NCBI GenBank assembly: GCA_030704615.1
Contig: CM060733.1
Coordinates: 40,424,001 to 40,488,000 of the forward strand
Direction of reading: 5' to 3'
Length of the DNA stretch: 64,000 bases
Origin: Takakia lepidozioides
Lineage: Eukaryota > Plantae > Bryophyta
The position numbers were made by a program, and so were the translations under genes. Positions 39,546-52,334 of this stretch are shown here, piece by piece. Each line of letters begins with the position of its first letter. Position 1 is the first letter of the stretch. The notes below the pieces were generated by a model, which ran no database searches, was not told the DNA's origin, and was given only the letters and a program-made list of their open reading frames with translations.

Positions 39546-40005
39546 TTGACAATATAAATCATAATATATGAATTTTACAGATAATTAAAGAAGTCCACGT
39601 AATGAGGCCACATCGGTTGCCACGTCGGTTCTTATAGTAAATAGTCAATAGTAAAGTAAAAAAATAAACATATTTATGTACAGTAACGTCGGTTTAGGAC
39701 ATGACGTGACGCACGTCTGTCGTTGACGTCGGACGTGACGCTGACGCGTCAACGCCACGTCACGTCCAAATTTGCAACTAGGAGCTAGAGAGGGGGTGGG
39801 GAGCAAGCCAACTGATGTTCCACTGGGATGGTCTTACAGGTCTCTCAACAATCTAACCACTCAATGGAGACAGCAGATGCGAGCAATTCAGAATGGTAGA
39901 AGGGGTGAAGATGCATAGGGCCAAGTTTATAGGATATTGCTATGCATGCCACCCCGTCTACAACTCTACAAAGGGGCAAAGAATTGACAGGATCAAAGCG
40001 TGAAT

Positions 40006-41851
40006 TGTGGTGCATGAACACATGGTAATCATGTGATTTCATGCCGGATAGTTTTTTCTTTACCACGTGTTTTTTGAAAGCTGATGCGTATCTGTGGGTA
40101 CTTTAAGGTTTCGCACAGTATCCAATAAAACTTTCAACTCAGCTTCAGTTAGAACATAAGGAGCAGGAGGCATGATTAACGTATCTGCCCTGTCTGGATG
40201 TCGATGCAACCACAATGATGGATGCAGCCCAAGTAATTGAAGATCAGGCCGAACCTTCAATGTATCTTTCTCCCCAAAAACAGTCTTAATGCTATTTTCT
40301 GCAAAGTTCTTCTCGCAATGCATAGCATCAAACGTATGTTGTATGAGGAGGCCCTCCCAGTAAGGCAAGGCATATAAGATTGATAATTGCTTCACTCCGT
40401 GAGATTTAGAAGGGTTTGATGGCGAAACTGGTTTCCCCCCTGCTGCTATCCATGCAATCAGGTCAATTGCACGTTTCTTTATTTGTGTTCCCGTCTGCGT
40501 TTGTGGAGCCACTCTATGCTCAACAACACCATTCAACAACCTTGATCTTGTATACGGATGGTTGTGGGCAAGAAATCTCCGATGGCCCAGGAACACAGTC
40601 TTCGAACATGCATGTAAATGCTGTGAATCCACCTCGGGTCCACAGGCTGGACAACCAGCATAACCTTAGGGTAACCTGACCCGCGAGCAAGCCATATGCA
40701 GGGTAATCATGGATTGACCATAGCAGCAATGCCCGTAGCAAGAATTGGCGTTGTTGGAGAGCTTGGGAAACATCATAAGCTATGATGCCTCTCCACAATT
40801 CTTGTAGCTCCTCTACTAGGGGCATCAAATACACATCAATGTTCGCAGATGTAACAGACTCCTTTCCAGGAATAAGGAGTGCTATCATGACGAAAAACTA
40901 TTTTGTCATCAACCATGGAGGCAAATTATAGTTGACCAACAGGATGGGCCATGTGCTCCAACTCGTGGATTGAGCACTGTATGGATTTACTCCATCTAAG
41001 GCTAATCCAAATCGTACATTTCGTGGTTCTGAAGCAAAATCCGCAAATGTGGAGTCAACGTGGGCCCAGGCTTTGCTATCAGCTGGATGTCGAACCAATC
41101 CATCCTGACTCTTATGTCTGAAGTGCCATGTCATAAGGTGCGCGATTGATTTGCATCGATACATGCGTTTCAACCTTGGGATGACAAGGAAATGTCGTAG
41201 TATTTTTCTGGGTACAGTCCCACGACCAGGAATGTAACGCGACGTCTTGCACTCCGGGCAAAAATCTGTTTTTTCATTCTCCCCACGGAAGAGTACACAG
41301 CCTTTCTCGCAGGCATGGATCTAGGTGTACTACAATCCCATCTTCGCAATCATAGTTCTAGCTTCATAATTAGTTTTCGGCAGAGAATTTTGTTTCGGCA
41401 AAAAACTGTTGCGCAACAATCCAAGAAGCTCATCCACAAAGCCATTGGGACACTTGTGGGTGGTGCACAAGTTAAACAAGTGCAAAGTAGCTTCAAATCG
41501 GCTGATCGAGCTCCCTTCGTAGAGTTTACACTGAGATTGTTGAAATAGCGTATCGTAGTTGGGGTCAACTCCGTGACTCAGGTTTGGGCCATTCTCTGCA
41601 TTCTCTGCATTGTCCATGGATCTTTCCTCGTTGGGGCTGTCTTCAGCCCGAGTTCCACCATTAATCGGATCCTCCCTGTTTGCATCCGCAAACTCAAAAG
41701 CTTCCTGCAATGCTCGTTGAATTTCTGCCTCCACACCACCTTCATGATCCGTATTGTTCTCCCTTTGATTAGGCACCTGCCCAAACTCAGCCCGATCCTC
41801 ATCGTCATCAGAATCAGTATGTCCCTGCATCCCGTGTTTCCCACGGTTCAT
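40006..41851 (-). pseudogene. CACTA TnpD (Transposase_21/tnp2) catalytic transposase fragment
   Basis: RHPADSKAW, RNVRFGLALDGVNP, DVYLMPLVEEL, HDYPAYG, DAMHCEKN, GMKSHDYH; frameshifted and truncated. Confidence 0.93.
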
Positions 41852-41896
41852 TCACAGTATATGTAGATTATGACATGTGGACAAATGTAGTCCAAG

Positions 41897-44800
41897 GTTG
41901 TCATTGCTCCTCTCACTGAGTACGAGAAGCTACGTGAGGCTAACATTGCCATCGTGAAGGATGCCACGACGCAGTTGAAGCAGGACTTCGAAAGGTAAGG
42001 ATCGAACAGTTCAGTGACCCAATCCTTTGACAATGCATGCATGGCTAACAGTGTGATCTCTTTCCATTTGCACGGTAGATGAGGTGTGATCGAGAGGCAG
42101 CGTTGTTGGTGTGAATGTAGAAAAGGCTTGAAAAGTGCAAGTTGAGTGTAGTTTAGGGTATAGGAGTGCATTCATAGCAGTAGGCGGGAGTGAACCGCAT
42201 TTGACGGGCAGCCATTGGGACAGCGGTAAGGCACTTCATCGTTTTCTAGCTCCTTTATAAACATTAGGGTATGAGCTGCATTTGTCTTGTGTTAGTCGTT
42301 TAAGAGGGGAGATAGTCAAGTAACCTGTGGGCCGCAATGGAAGTATTTTTGCAGGATTATGGGTGTGAAACCACGTCGGAAGGCACGGTCTCGTGGAGCT
42401 CCTATCAAAGGTCCGGCAAGACGAAGTGCCCGACTCGTCACCATGACTCGTACAACTGCCAGCCCAAAGTAATTTTTGACATAGACGACGACGATCCTTA
42501 TCTCTCACCACAAAAGGTCGTAGTACAGGAAGGGACTGGGGATTCAGCCGACTCCATGTCGGAGGACGCAGATGCAGGCACAGTGGCGCACGTAGGGAAA
42601 AAACGTGGTGCAGGCACACCGTCTCCATCTGTGAGTGCATTTTATGGGCATATTTGTAGTCTCTCACCACTTATTCCGAAGGTGAGCACAACCTCATGAG
42701 TGGTGAATAGTATCATGCGGACTTCATTAGGGGCCATGATCCGGGGAGGGATTGTCTAAATACTTGGCAGATTTAATTGCGTGTCAATATTCTTCTTCTT
42801 TCTGTTCTGTCTCTTCCGTGCTTTGTAGGTTTGTCCCTCTTTTGCATGTTTGGTTTCGAATGGGGTGTGCTGTCATAAGCACATTCTCTGTCTAGATTCA
42901 GCTTGTGCATTTAAGTCTGTCCATTTTCTGAGTGGAGGAGTTGCACCATTGCCCATGTGCATGTGGCCCCCATATATTTCCATAGCACTATTTACAACTT
43001 TGTAAGCAGTAGGTCTTGTATGTTGAGCACATTCCATCTTTTCCCATAACTTTTAGGTATGCCCCTCCCTACTGCATGTTTGGTATGGATTTCAGGCAAA
43101 ACCCATACATAAAAGGGGTCGGAAAAGTCTTGGGCGCACATCATTGAAGCCAATCCAATTTGGCCGATTTTCTAGCCAAGATCTGTCCGATTTTTGGGTA
43201 TTAATCAGACCTGTACAAATCATGCGTACTGTTTATACTTTATGACACCTTTATGTCATGATATGGTGTGGTCCTTGTAGTTGGATTTACTTGGCATTGT
43301 GTTTCATGTATGGAAACCCAGGGCAAGCAAAACAGAAGCAGAAAAATGCCACAGGAGTCGGCCCTCAGTCCCCCCAGGTTTTCCATACTTAGCCACCAGT
43401 ACCAGGCTCTCAATATCGCTCCATGCCTAAGTACCCGGCTCCCAACCAGCATCCACCCACTGGCAATGTGGAGGGTCAGTACGCAACGGCCCCCCAACAC
43501 AATTATGCAGCTAGCCATTATGGCCCTTATGCTCCTCCTCCATATCGCCCACCTCCTCCTCCTTATGGAGGTGGCAGGCCACCTAAATATCCTCCGCCGT
43601 ATGCAGAGGTCCCATATGACCACTATGGATCCTCGAGTGGTTCCCAACCACCATGGCCACCGATGGGTAGCTGGCCGAATCAACCCTTCAACGTTCCCGC
43701 ACAGGTGCCAGCGGTTCAACCTGCAGGGGATGTGGTTCAATCAAAGGCTGACAGAACCAATGCCTTGAGACGAGCAAATTATGTTGTGAAGGCCGCGGCA
43801 TACAAAGTGAAGGAAGAAAGAGAGGTAGAAGGTCTTCCTGCAACTGTAGTTGTTGTGAACAAGGCAGGAAAACCAGTTGGTCAAACGAGGAATGTTTGGC
43901 ATGCGGCCCTCAAAGGTCACGTTCATCGTATCTGTGATCCTTCTATAGCCATCAACTATCAGCCTGATGAGATCATTGAAGAGCTCAAAGAAATCCTGGC
44001 CAAGCTATTTGAATATGTCACACGTGGCTTGGATGATATTGCGTTGCAAAATACAATAGGAACAATTATGAAGTCCCGACGACATGACTTGCACAAGGAA
44101 TGGCAGAAAGGTGGGGGGGAACCCATGGACGTGTCTGATGAGCATTGGAAGAGCCTCACCTCCTACTGGAGTACCGAACAGCACTCCAAAGTGCAGACCC
44201 ACTTGAAGACAGCAAATGCCTGCATTCAAAATCACACCAAAACGGGCCAGGGAGGGAAGGACAGCATGGAGGCACGCTTAGTAAGAACCCTCATGAGCTT
44301 TCTCATTGTACTCCTCTCAATTTCTATGAATGCCAGTCTTTAAAGAGAAACCGGGTGCCCCCCTACGTTGGCTGACATACAAGAATACTTTGTCTCAAGG
44401 ATATCAGCTGGGAGCGATAGGCGGGTAAGTGAGACTCAACAACCATGTGCTCTCAATACATGTGTGCCCTGTGTATTATAGCACGTCTGGTTGCTCAAGT
44501 TCTCAGTGAACGATCTAAGTGTTGAAAGAATGTACTCATAAGAGTGCCAGTGTGTTGATTGACAAAACTGAGTTTGGTACCTCTAACCACTTCCTGGTTT
44601 GGACTGAGATCTGTTGGGTTTGGGTTTGTTGATTTTCACTATAAGCCAACATTGTATCCCTAGGACGGCCCTGTCTGGCCAGGTCTAAGTCCATCAAGAG
44701 GTTTAGTAGAGGGTTAAACACATTTTACTTCAAAAGTTGCTGGGTGTGATCATTGTATCCCTAGGACTGCATGTGTGGTAGAAGGACCTGTGCCTGAATT

Positions 44801-47166
44801 TACTGCTTTGCTAGAACAAAAGTGGGACTAGTATTTTTGTACAGGTGAACATGTTGTAGTCATGGTTGCCAGCGTATGATGAATATGTGTCTGGTTGGTG
44901 TGATCATCCAATATGGATTGATAGATAAGGTGCTTGATGTTGTGCTCAAATATTGGTAGGTGAAAAAAAACTTGCTGGAACATGTTGTCTTATGCATTTT
45001 GGTCTATATGGCAGGAAGCGAGTGTAGCGTATTCTGCCATAGTCGGAAAGGTGGATGCAATGGAAAAACAAGTCGAGCCTCAAGGGTCTGATATGCTAGA
45101 GATGAAATCATGGATGTAGAACATGATGCACTCTCAAAAGGCAATGATGCTCAAATTGGGGGTTAATGTCCCCCTGGCAAGTCCAGTGATAGCTGGCATG
45201 AATGGTTCTGGTGTCACTGTATCAAAAAGATTGGCGGAGCGTTTTGAGACCGTAACTGGCGATCAATCTCAACTCTCCCCTAACCCTATCACCGATGATG
45301 GTTTGCATTTGTCCAAGCAGTTCGCCATAGGGAAGGCAGGCACTGAGACAACAATTTCAAGTCAGCCTGCCTCTGGTACAAAGGAAGCTACTGATCATGA
45401 TGCCCGTGATATGTCTGAGAAGCTTGGTACACCGGATTCAGGTATGCATGATTCCTTGGGGAATTCAGATGGGGAGGATGGGATAGATGCTACGAAATTT
45501 CAATTGGTTGTGCATCCCACTGGGGCTGATATGTTGAAGCTAGATGAGCGTTTACAGTCTCCCCCACCTCGCAAGCACGTGCTAGTTTTGGATGTGAATG
45601 GATTGTTGTGTGAATCCATTCATGTTGCTAGTGGTCCAACAATTGGTCCCAAAGGATTTGTGGGGAGGTTGTGTGGGATGAATGGAAGCTTGAAACTTCA
45701 TTCCGATGGTGGACTTTATTTTCAAAGGGCACACTAATCTTATTTTCTAGTGGGATGCCCTTTACTGTGAAGAGCTTAGTGACCCATTGGCTAAGGGGGC
45801 TGATGCAAAGCCCATATATTTGAAGAACCTATCAAGAATGTGGGCAGAGTGGCCAGAATGGGGTCCTGAAGACACTCTTCTTGTTGATGACACACCAAGA
45901 AAGGCATCAAACAATCCTCCATTTAGTGGGATATATCCGGAGCCATGGAAAATGCGATCATCAGGGCCAAAAGATGGCTATCTACTCGATGTGTTGTGGC
46001 CGTTCTTGGAGAGGGCAAGCAAGACTCCTAGTATTCCACAGTTTCTGAAGTCTGAGCCTCTCTTTGGACAATAGCCCTACAATTCTGCTCAGTGTAATCG
46101 TCAGAAAGTACAACAATGTAATGTAAGTCTGGTCCACATTTGGAATTCTTGGGTTGCTTGTGAATTGTATGAGCAGTGGGTTTCTCTTTAGTGAGCTATG
46201 TAACTAGTGTATTTCAGGTTGTAATGCCACTGAAGAAATTGTAATGGTTTGTGATATAGGGACCTATGATGAAGCGGCTCCATGTTGTCAACAAGTCAGC
46301 AGAGGAGCTGGAAAGTAGCCCTCTAAAGCAGTTCTCGCAGCCGCCTAAAAGTCAGCTTGGTGTAAGTCCATGACCTTGTACTCATCACCCCCACACTACA
46401 TTCATTGGATATCTTTTCCAATTTTTGTTTATCTGGCCACTGGAGTGTAGACTACCGTCCTTCACGTTTGTTGTATCATTGTGGTCATAGACTCCGCATC
46501 CACTGGGAGACCATTGTGAGGGATGTACTTCAGTTTATTGCCAAGGGTAGGTACAGAAAGTACTCATAAGACCTTGTGTTTTGGCATAGCCTTTTGGGTA
46601 GGTAGGTAGAGAGAACGAAATTGAAATGTGTGTGTGTGTATGTATGTTGTTTGCTGCAACTTGTTGGCTGTAGACCTTCCTGCCTACCCTTCCTCCCTCC
46701 CCTCCCTCCATCCATCCATCCCTATTAGTAGTTGCAGCCCCCCTCCCGGTACTTAAGTACTATAATGCTTGGACCTCCGTAGTCTAGCGTGCATGGTATT
46801 TTCACTCATTGTTTTTGCTGGTGGGTGCTGGGATGACAGTTTAAGGTGGGAGACCAAGTTCGGCTCCTTAACATGATGTCCAAACGGACAAAAGTTGGAT
46901 CAGGGATTATATGTTCTCTACAAGGTTGCAAGGTAAGTGAGGGCTACCCTGATGTGCCAGGTGAGTATGCGGCTATATACATCAAAGAGGCATACATCAC
47001 TAACGCTCCTTTACCATATCTCAACGAAGTTAAGAAACATATTTTGTTGGGGGATGTGGTAGGAAGCACCACACTTTGGAGTTTGAAGCTACTAAGACAT
47101 GAGGCTTTATTGACAAACAAAACAGTAGAACTTCCTAAATCCCTTACTTCTAGCAGTATCTGTTGA
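41897..47166 (+). pseudogene. spliced TnpA-like gene (Pro-rich, Ptta/Transposase_24-like) linked to an FCP1/NIF HAD-like domain
   Basis: YEKLREANI exon; 43423..44280 with KSRRHDLHKEW..VSDEHWKSLTSYW..HTKTGQGG then gtaag. An exon from 45015 leads in frame to KHVLVLDVNGLL and then YLKNLSRMW..DTLLVDDTPRK..NPPF. Terminal exon 46846..47166. Confidence 0.72.
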
Positions 47167-50100
47167 ATCTAGTTTTTTCCAGGAAGTGCTTAGCGACATT
47201 GTGCTTGAAGAATGAAGCATATTTTGTGAATTTATATACAAAGACTGGTTTGAACACCACATGAATGTGTGTGCTGTGATTGTGATGTTGCTGTTTCTAT
47301 GGATGGCATGTTTGATTGTAGTTGTCTTTCAGACTGTATGATATTGGTGCTTCTGTCAGTCTATGCAGCAGGGTTGGTGGTAGAATCTTTCTTTGTCACA
47401 CTTTGCAACTGCCAGCAGGTTGGGGGTCCACTCTTTGGTCATTGGAAGATTAATGCGGGCTCTCCTTCCCTACAGAGGCAGTGTGTCTTGATATAGAGGG
47501 CCAATTGCTTTGCCAATTGCTGTGCTTATGAGAGCTCCACATGGTTTGTTTAAATTTCATATTAATTTACTTTAATTTACTATTTAAAATAGTCATTTGA
47601 AATTGAATAATATATAACAAATTCTAAAATCTACATGACCTATACGTGTCATTCACACATACTCCAACAAGACCACGTGACATCTGTAGTGTTGTAGTAA
47701 TATAGTCACACCCATAGTAATGTAGTCATACATGTATTCATGAAATGTGCCACATGTTATCCTCAGCGATGTATTGAGTAGTTATGTAGTCATCAGTGTA
47801 GTCACACAATGTAGTCATGTAGTCATAAAGTTACGCCTACATCACTATATTCCATCTCACGATTTGGACACGTGTCATAGCAGAAGGATTACGTGTGTCA
47901 CGCAGACAACTATCCATGTAGGCGGACTTCTGTAGTAATGTAGTTATCATGTTAGTCATGACATGTAGTCGTGTAGTCTATTGTACCATATGGAGATGAA
48001 TACACATGTCAAATCCCAAGGATCCCACGTGTCACACACAAGCCTCTCCATGTAGGCGCAATGTTGTAGTGATGTAGTCATAACTTACAGTCGTGTAGTT
48101 ATTTCTGTTATGACTACATCACCAAACCCCGCATCACTATCCCATGCCACGTCCTCAGTGACGACCATGACTTCGCACTTATCACTCCGTAGTCATGGTA
48201 GAACTGACTTCGTGTTTGTCACTGTAGAGTGAGGTAGTCATAAAAGCACTTATCACTGCAAATGCAGTGATATCCATAGTCATAAAAACGTTAATCTGTA
48301 CTAGTGCATTCTCCAGACTTTGTTTGTTTTAATCCGGAAGGGTGGGATGGTTGCGTGGATGTGGGGGGGTGTGTCTGGGTAGTGGATGGTGGCCTTCATT
48401 TTATGAGTTATGGTTAACAGCTGCTCGAGCTGGTGTAGAAAGGGTGGCGGTATGTCTATATGTAGGGGGCGTTGGACGTGTAGGATCAAGGTTAGGGTCG
48501 GTTCTTTCCGTTTAAGGTACTTGGGAAGAGGGGGGGTATTAGCATATTTGAGTTGATTTGGATCAATTGTGGCTAGTAGTTTGACCCCTATCGAGAGGCG
48601 TAGGAGGGGATGGAGGCTATTGGGTGTGTTTTGCTATGTGACGATAAGGATTGTGGAGGTGGAGGGGGAAGAGTGAGCTGCAAAACGTGCCAGTGGAGAG
48701 CTTCGTGAGTAAGTGGGCTAGAGGGGGGGTAGGCAAAGCCCCTGCATTCCCAGATGTGTTGGGTAGCACTACTCGTGGCTCCAAAAATACAGTCTCTATG
48801 ATGTGGACTGGAGAATGTGTGCATGTCCATAGGACATGTCAGCGGACTGGAATAACGAGTGAGTGAGCTGAAAAATGTTGATAAGTAAGGAAATTATATC
48901 CTATGGTATTGTGTGATGTGTGCATGTTGTTTCAAGTCTGGCAATGGATCGTGGTTTCTTGGGTGGGGTGTCCTTGAGGTATAGGTCAACAAGCCAATAT
49001 ATTTCGGTAGCAAAGTCTTGTTTCGGGGGTTATAGAGAGTGTAAGTGTGTGTTTGTAGTAGAGTACTTTTCCCATAACCATGCAAGTCGGTTGTTGGGGA
49101 TGATTCCCATGTAGCGGCCATGTGAAGACGGGGGCCCATGTGAATAAGTGGTTGATTATGCTTGAGGTCATGGTACTGTTAATGAGCTTACCAGAGAGCT
49201 ACGAGTTTTTTGTCACATCTTTGGAATCTCTAGAGTCTTTTGATCCTCAGAAACTCACTTAGGATGTTGTGGCTACTAGGTTGTTGAATGAAGAACTCAT
49301 GAGAAACGAGAAGAGTGGATCTTTTGAGTCTAAGTCGAGCAAATCAGTATTGCTTGCCCCGAAGAACATGATGGATTACAGAAAAGGCAGAGACAAGAGC
49401 AATGATATTTGCAATTATTGCAATGAGCTGGTTGGCCACTGGGCGAGAGAGTGTAAGAAGAGAAAACTCGACTGGAACAAAAAGAAGAGTGAACAGGGAA
49501 ATAGTGCTGAAACTAGTGGTGAGGCTTTTGTGTCAGATTTATCTATCTTCTCTTACTCAGACGTGTGGTACATAGACTCGGGGGCATCCACCCATTTGTC
49601 TCATCGGAGATATTGGTTCATTGAGTATGAGAGTACTATCCCACCTATCAAGATATATATCGGGGATAATTCTACTCAAGAAGCCACGAGGAAAGGAAAA
49701 ATTTCCATGACATCGATGTCGGTGGGAAGTAACACCATTGAGGCTGTACTAACCAATGTCTTACATGTCCCCGGGATAGCCAAGAACCTCTTATCTGTGA
49801 CGAAAGCAACCTCACAGGGTTATATGTTCGAGTTTGGAGAGAATAGATGTCTCATACAAAATAATAAGAAAGCGGTGGTTGGACATGGTGTCCGTGATAA
49901 GTGCCTTTACAAGTTGTTGTATACTAGCACCAAATTAGCTGTGGTGGAGAGTGTTCATTTTCCTAATGTTGGAGGACCAGACAACATCAACTTGTGGCAT
50001 CAATGGCTAGGTCACTTGAATGGAGAGAGTGTAAAGCTTGAGATAACCTTGTGTAGGGTCTTTCCATATCCACAAAGTTGAGTTTACATTCTGTGAGAGT

Positions 50101-52334
50101 TGTGTACAAGGGAAGCATTATAGGGAACCATTTCCAAAGGAAGGAGGTATTCGGACGACGGAGCTTCTTGGACCAGTTTGTAATGGCATATGGGGACCAG
50201 CAAAAGTGACTTCTTTGTTGGAGCAAGATACTTCGTGTCATTCACAGACCATTTCTCCTGAAAATCATTTTGTTATTTTTTGAAAAGCAAAGCCGAATGT
50301 TTTTCAAAATTTGAGCAATTCAAAGTTTTTGCGGAAAATCAAAATGGGAAGGAGATGAAGAAAATTCATGTCGAAAGAATTCAATCGTTCTTGAAACTTC
50401 ATGGAATCCAGCAACAGACGTCTACACCGTACAGCCCCCAGCAAAATGGAGTCGCTGAGCGCTTAAATCGGAATAAAGTGGAATCTGCCCGTTGTATGCT
50501 TTTCCAACAGTCGTCAAAATATTAGGCGGAGGCTATTAGCACAGCTGCATATCTCAAAGCACGAAGTCCCCACAAATCTGTTGAAGGGAAGATGCCTGAG
50601 GAGGTATGTAATAGGAGAAAACCAACAGTAAAGCATTTGAGGTTTTTGGTTGTGAGGCTTATGTTCACAAGCCTGATCAATTGAGGACCAAACTTGAGCC
50701 TAAGAGTACAAAATGTATTAAATTTGTGGGATATAGTTTGGATTCAAAACCTTACAGGTTAATCAATAAAGCTACATGGACGTTGATCATCAGCCGTGAT
50801 GTGGTGTTCAATGAAGAAACCAACATTAGCTCAAATGACAATTTTTCGGGTAGAGAGGATGAAAGTCAAGTGGAATCTAAGTCGAAGGGAAAAGAGATTG
50901 TTGAATTTGATGACAGATCAAACGACGGGGGAGCCATCACCACAAACCCCGTTGAGAGATGAATCATCACCTCCTCGACTTGTTGTTGATTTGCAGATTC
51001 CTCCACCAACTAGAGAGGAATCTGCAGAGACATCCAAAGATATCTCCCCGTAAGTCTACCCAAGTAAAGGGAGCACCGTCAAAACTTGTTGACATTGCTT
51101 GTGTCGCAACAGGAGAAGAGCCGCTGACTTTGAGAGAAGCCCTTCAAAGGAAAGATGCCAAAGAGTGGAAGCATGCAGCTGAATACAATTCTCTTATGCA
51201 AAATGGCACGTGGCTTTTACATAGCTTCCAAAAGGCAAAAAGGCCATAGACAATAAATGGGTCTTCAAAATTAAGCGGAAATCAAACGGCGAAGTGGATA
51301 GGTATAAGGCAAGGCTCGTGACTACGGGTTTCCTTCAAACACGGGGTGACATAACTCAAATTCAATGGAAGAATGCCTGTGAATTTTTGACACTCCTCAT
51401 TATGACAAGACCAACCAAAATTCGCATCATTGTTCTACCATGTGAAGCATGTTGGGGGCTGGAAAGCTCAAAGTATACTGACCCATTTGCCTAACCAGTA
51501 AGCAAATGGCTGAAGTCAATAATTTTCAATGTAACTTAAGAACAGCTGGACGCTTTACACCAAGACTACTTTCACCGAGTGCCTCATAGGAGCGGCCCAA
51601 ATGATTTTGACTGCGGTTTTCATGGCCTGCTTGCGAGAAAAGGTAAGTGAGTGATTGAGTGACCGATTCAGACATTGTTCTCAAAAGCGTCACAAAGAAT
51701 TGCGACGTGTTTTTGTTCGACAGGGCCCAATCTACAGGTGGCGATTGCGTTATGTTGTGGGGCGTTCGGATTCGTTGACGGCTCGTTTGCTGGACACGTC
51801 TTGAATTTCACTGTTCGGAGCTCGGGGAGAGAATCTAAGAGAGAAACGGGACGTACTCAGCCCGGGGCATCTGCAGCTGGACACCGACCAACGATTCTAT
51901 GTATATTCTCTGGGGAAGGTGAGATCCTCGAGCTGCAGAATTCCAGGGTTTTTAGATTACCTTGGTAGTAAGGGTAGATCCAGCGAGCATAACGCTCACA
52001 CGTAATTGCTGCCAGCTGGTTTACGTTGTTGGTCGGTCCTAGGTAGTTGCCACACTCGTTAAGCTATGCCTTGGTGATTGGCCTGTGTTGATAATCAAAG
52101 AGCTCGGAGTGCTCTGAGGACAGTATTTCCGTCTCAGTATGTGCGCTTGGCCTGCAAGTCTCTTGGGTTGCACTTCCTTTCTTTCATCTCTCTCTCTCAG
52201 GCTCACACTGGGAGTGATTTGTCTGTTAATCCCACATTCTTGCGGCCCATTTGAATAACTAGGAATTCTCGTCCTCCTTCAGTACAAAGGCTCCATCTTC
52301 TTACACTGTCTGTCGGTTTTGACACATTCCGACA

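Larger units (their letters stand above)
36070..48306. mobile_element. CACTA (En/Spm) DNA transposon, 12.2 kb, with cargo genes
   Basis: 33-bp TIR CACTA(C/G)TACAGATTAACGTTTTTATGACTATGG with 1 mismatch; 3-bp TSD CAT (36067-36069, 48307-48309); GTAGTCA/TGACTAC subterminal repeats. Confidence 0.96.
34392..49164 (-). mobile_element. 5'-truncated Dualen/RandI-like LINE (pieces 34392-36069 and 48310-49164, split by the CACTA)
   Basis: 7-bp TSD AGGTCAT (34385-34391, 49165-49171). RNase H motifs HYTDGS, TILRAELMAI, YIFTDSL and HTGIHGNKEAD. C-terminal RLE-like RLCPDMLLV..EFTFCHD..KRQKYAPL. The frame reads through (KVWRMAQPRP) once the CACTA is removed. Confidence 0.75.
33719..51345 (+). mobile_element. 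degenerate Ty1/Copia (Copia-3), gag interrupted by the LINE+CACTA nest, 3' end missing
   Basis: Putative LTR TGTGA...TCACA (33719-33943) and PBS-like AGTTATGGCCCA. Gag DKFAGKDFMLWKFK to 34391 resumes at 49172 (VLLMSLPESYE), then CNYCNELVGHWAREC, WYIDSGASTHL, PQQNGVAER and YKARLV, truncated near 51345. Confidence 0.85.
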
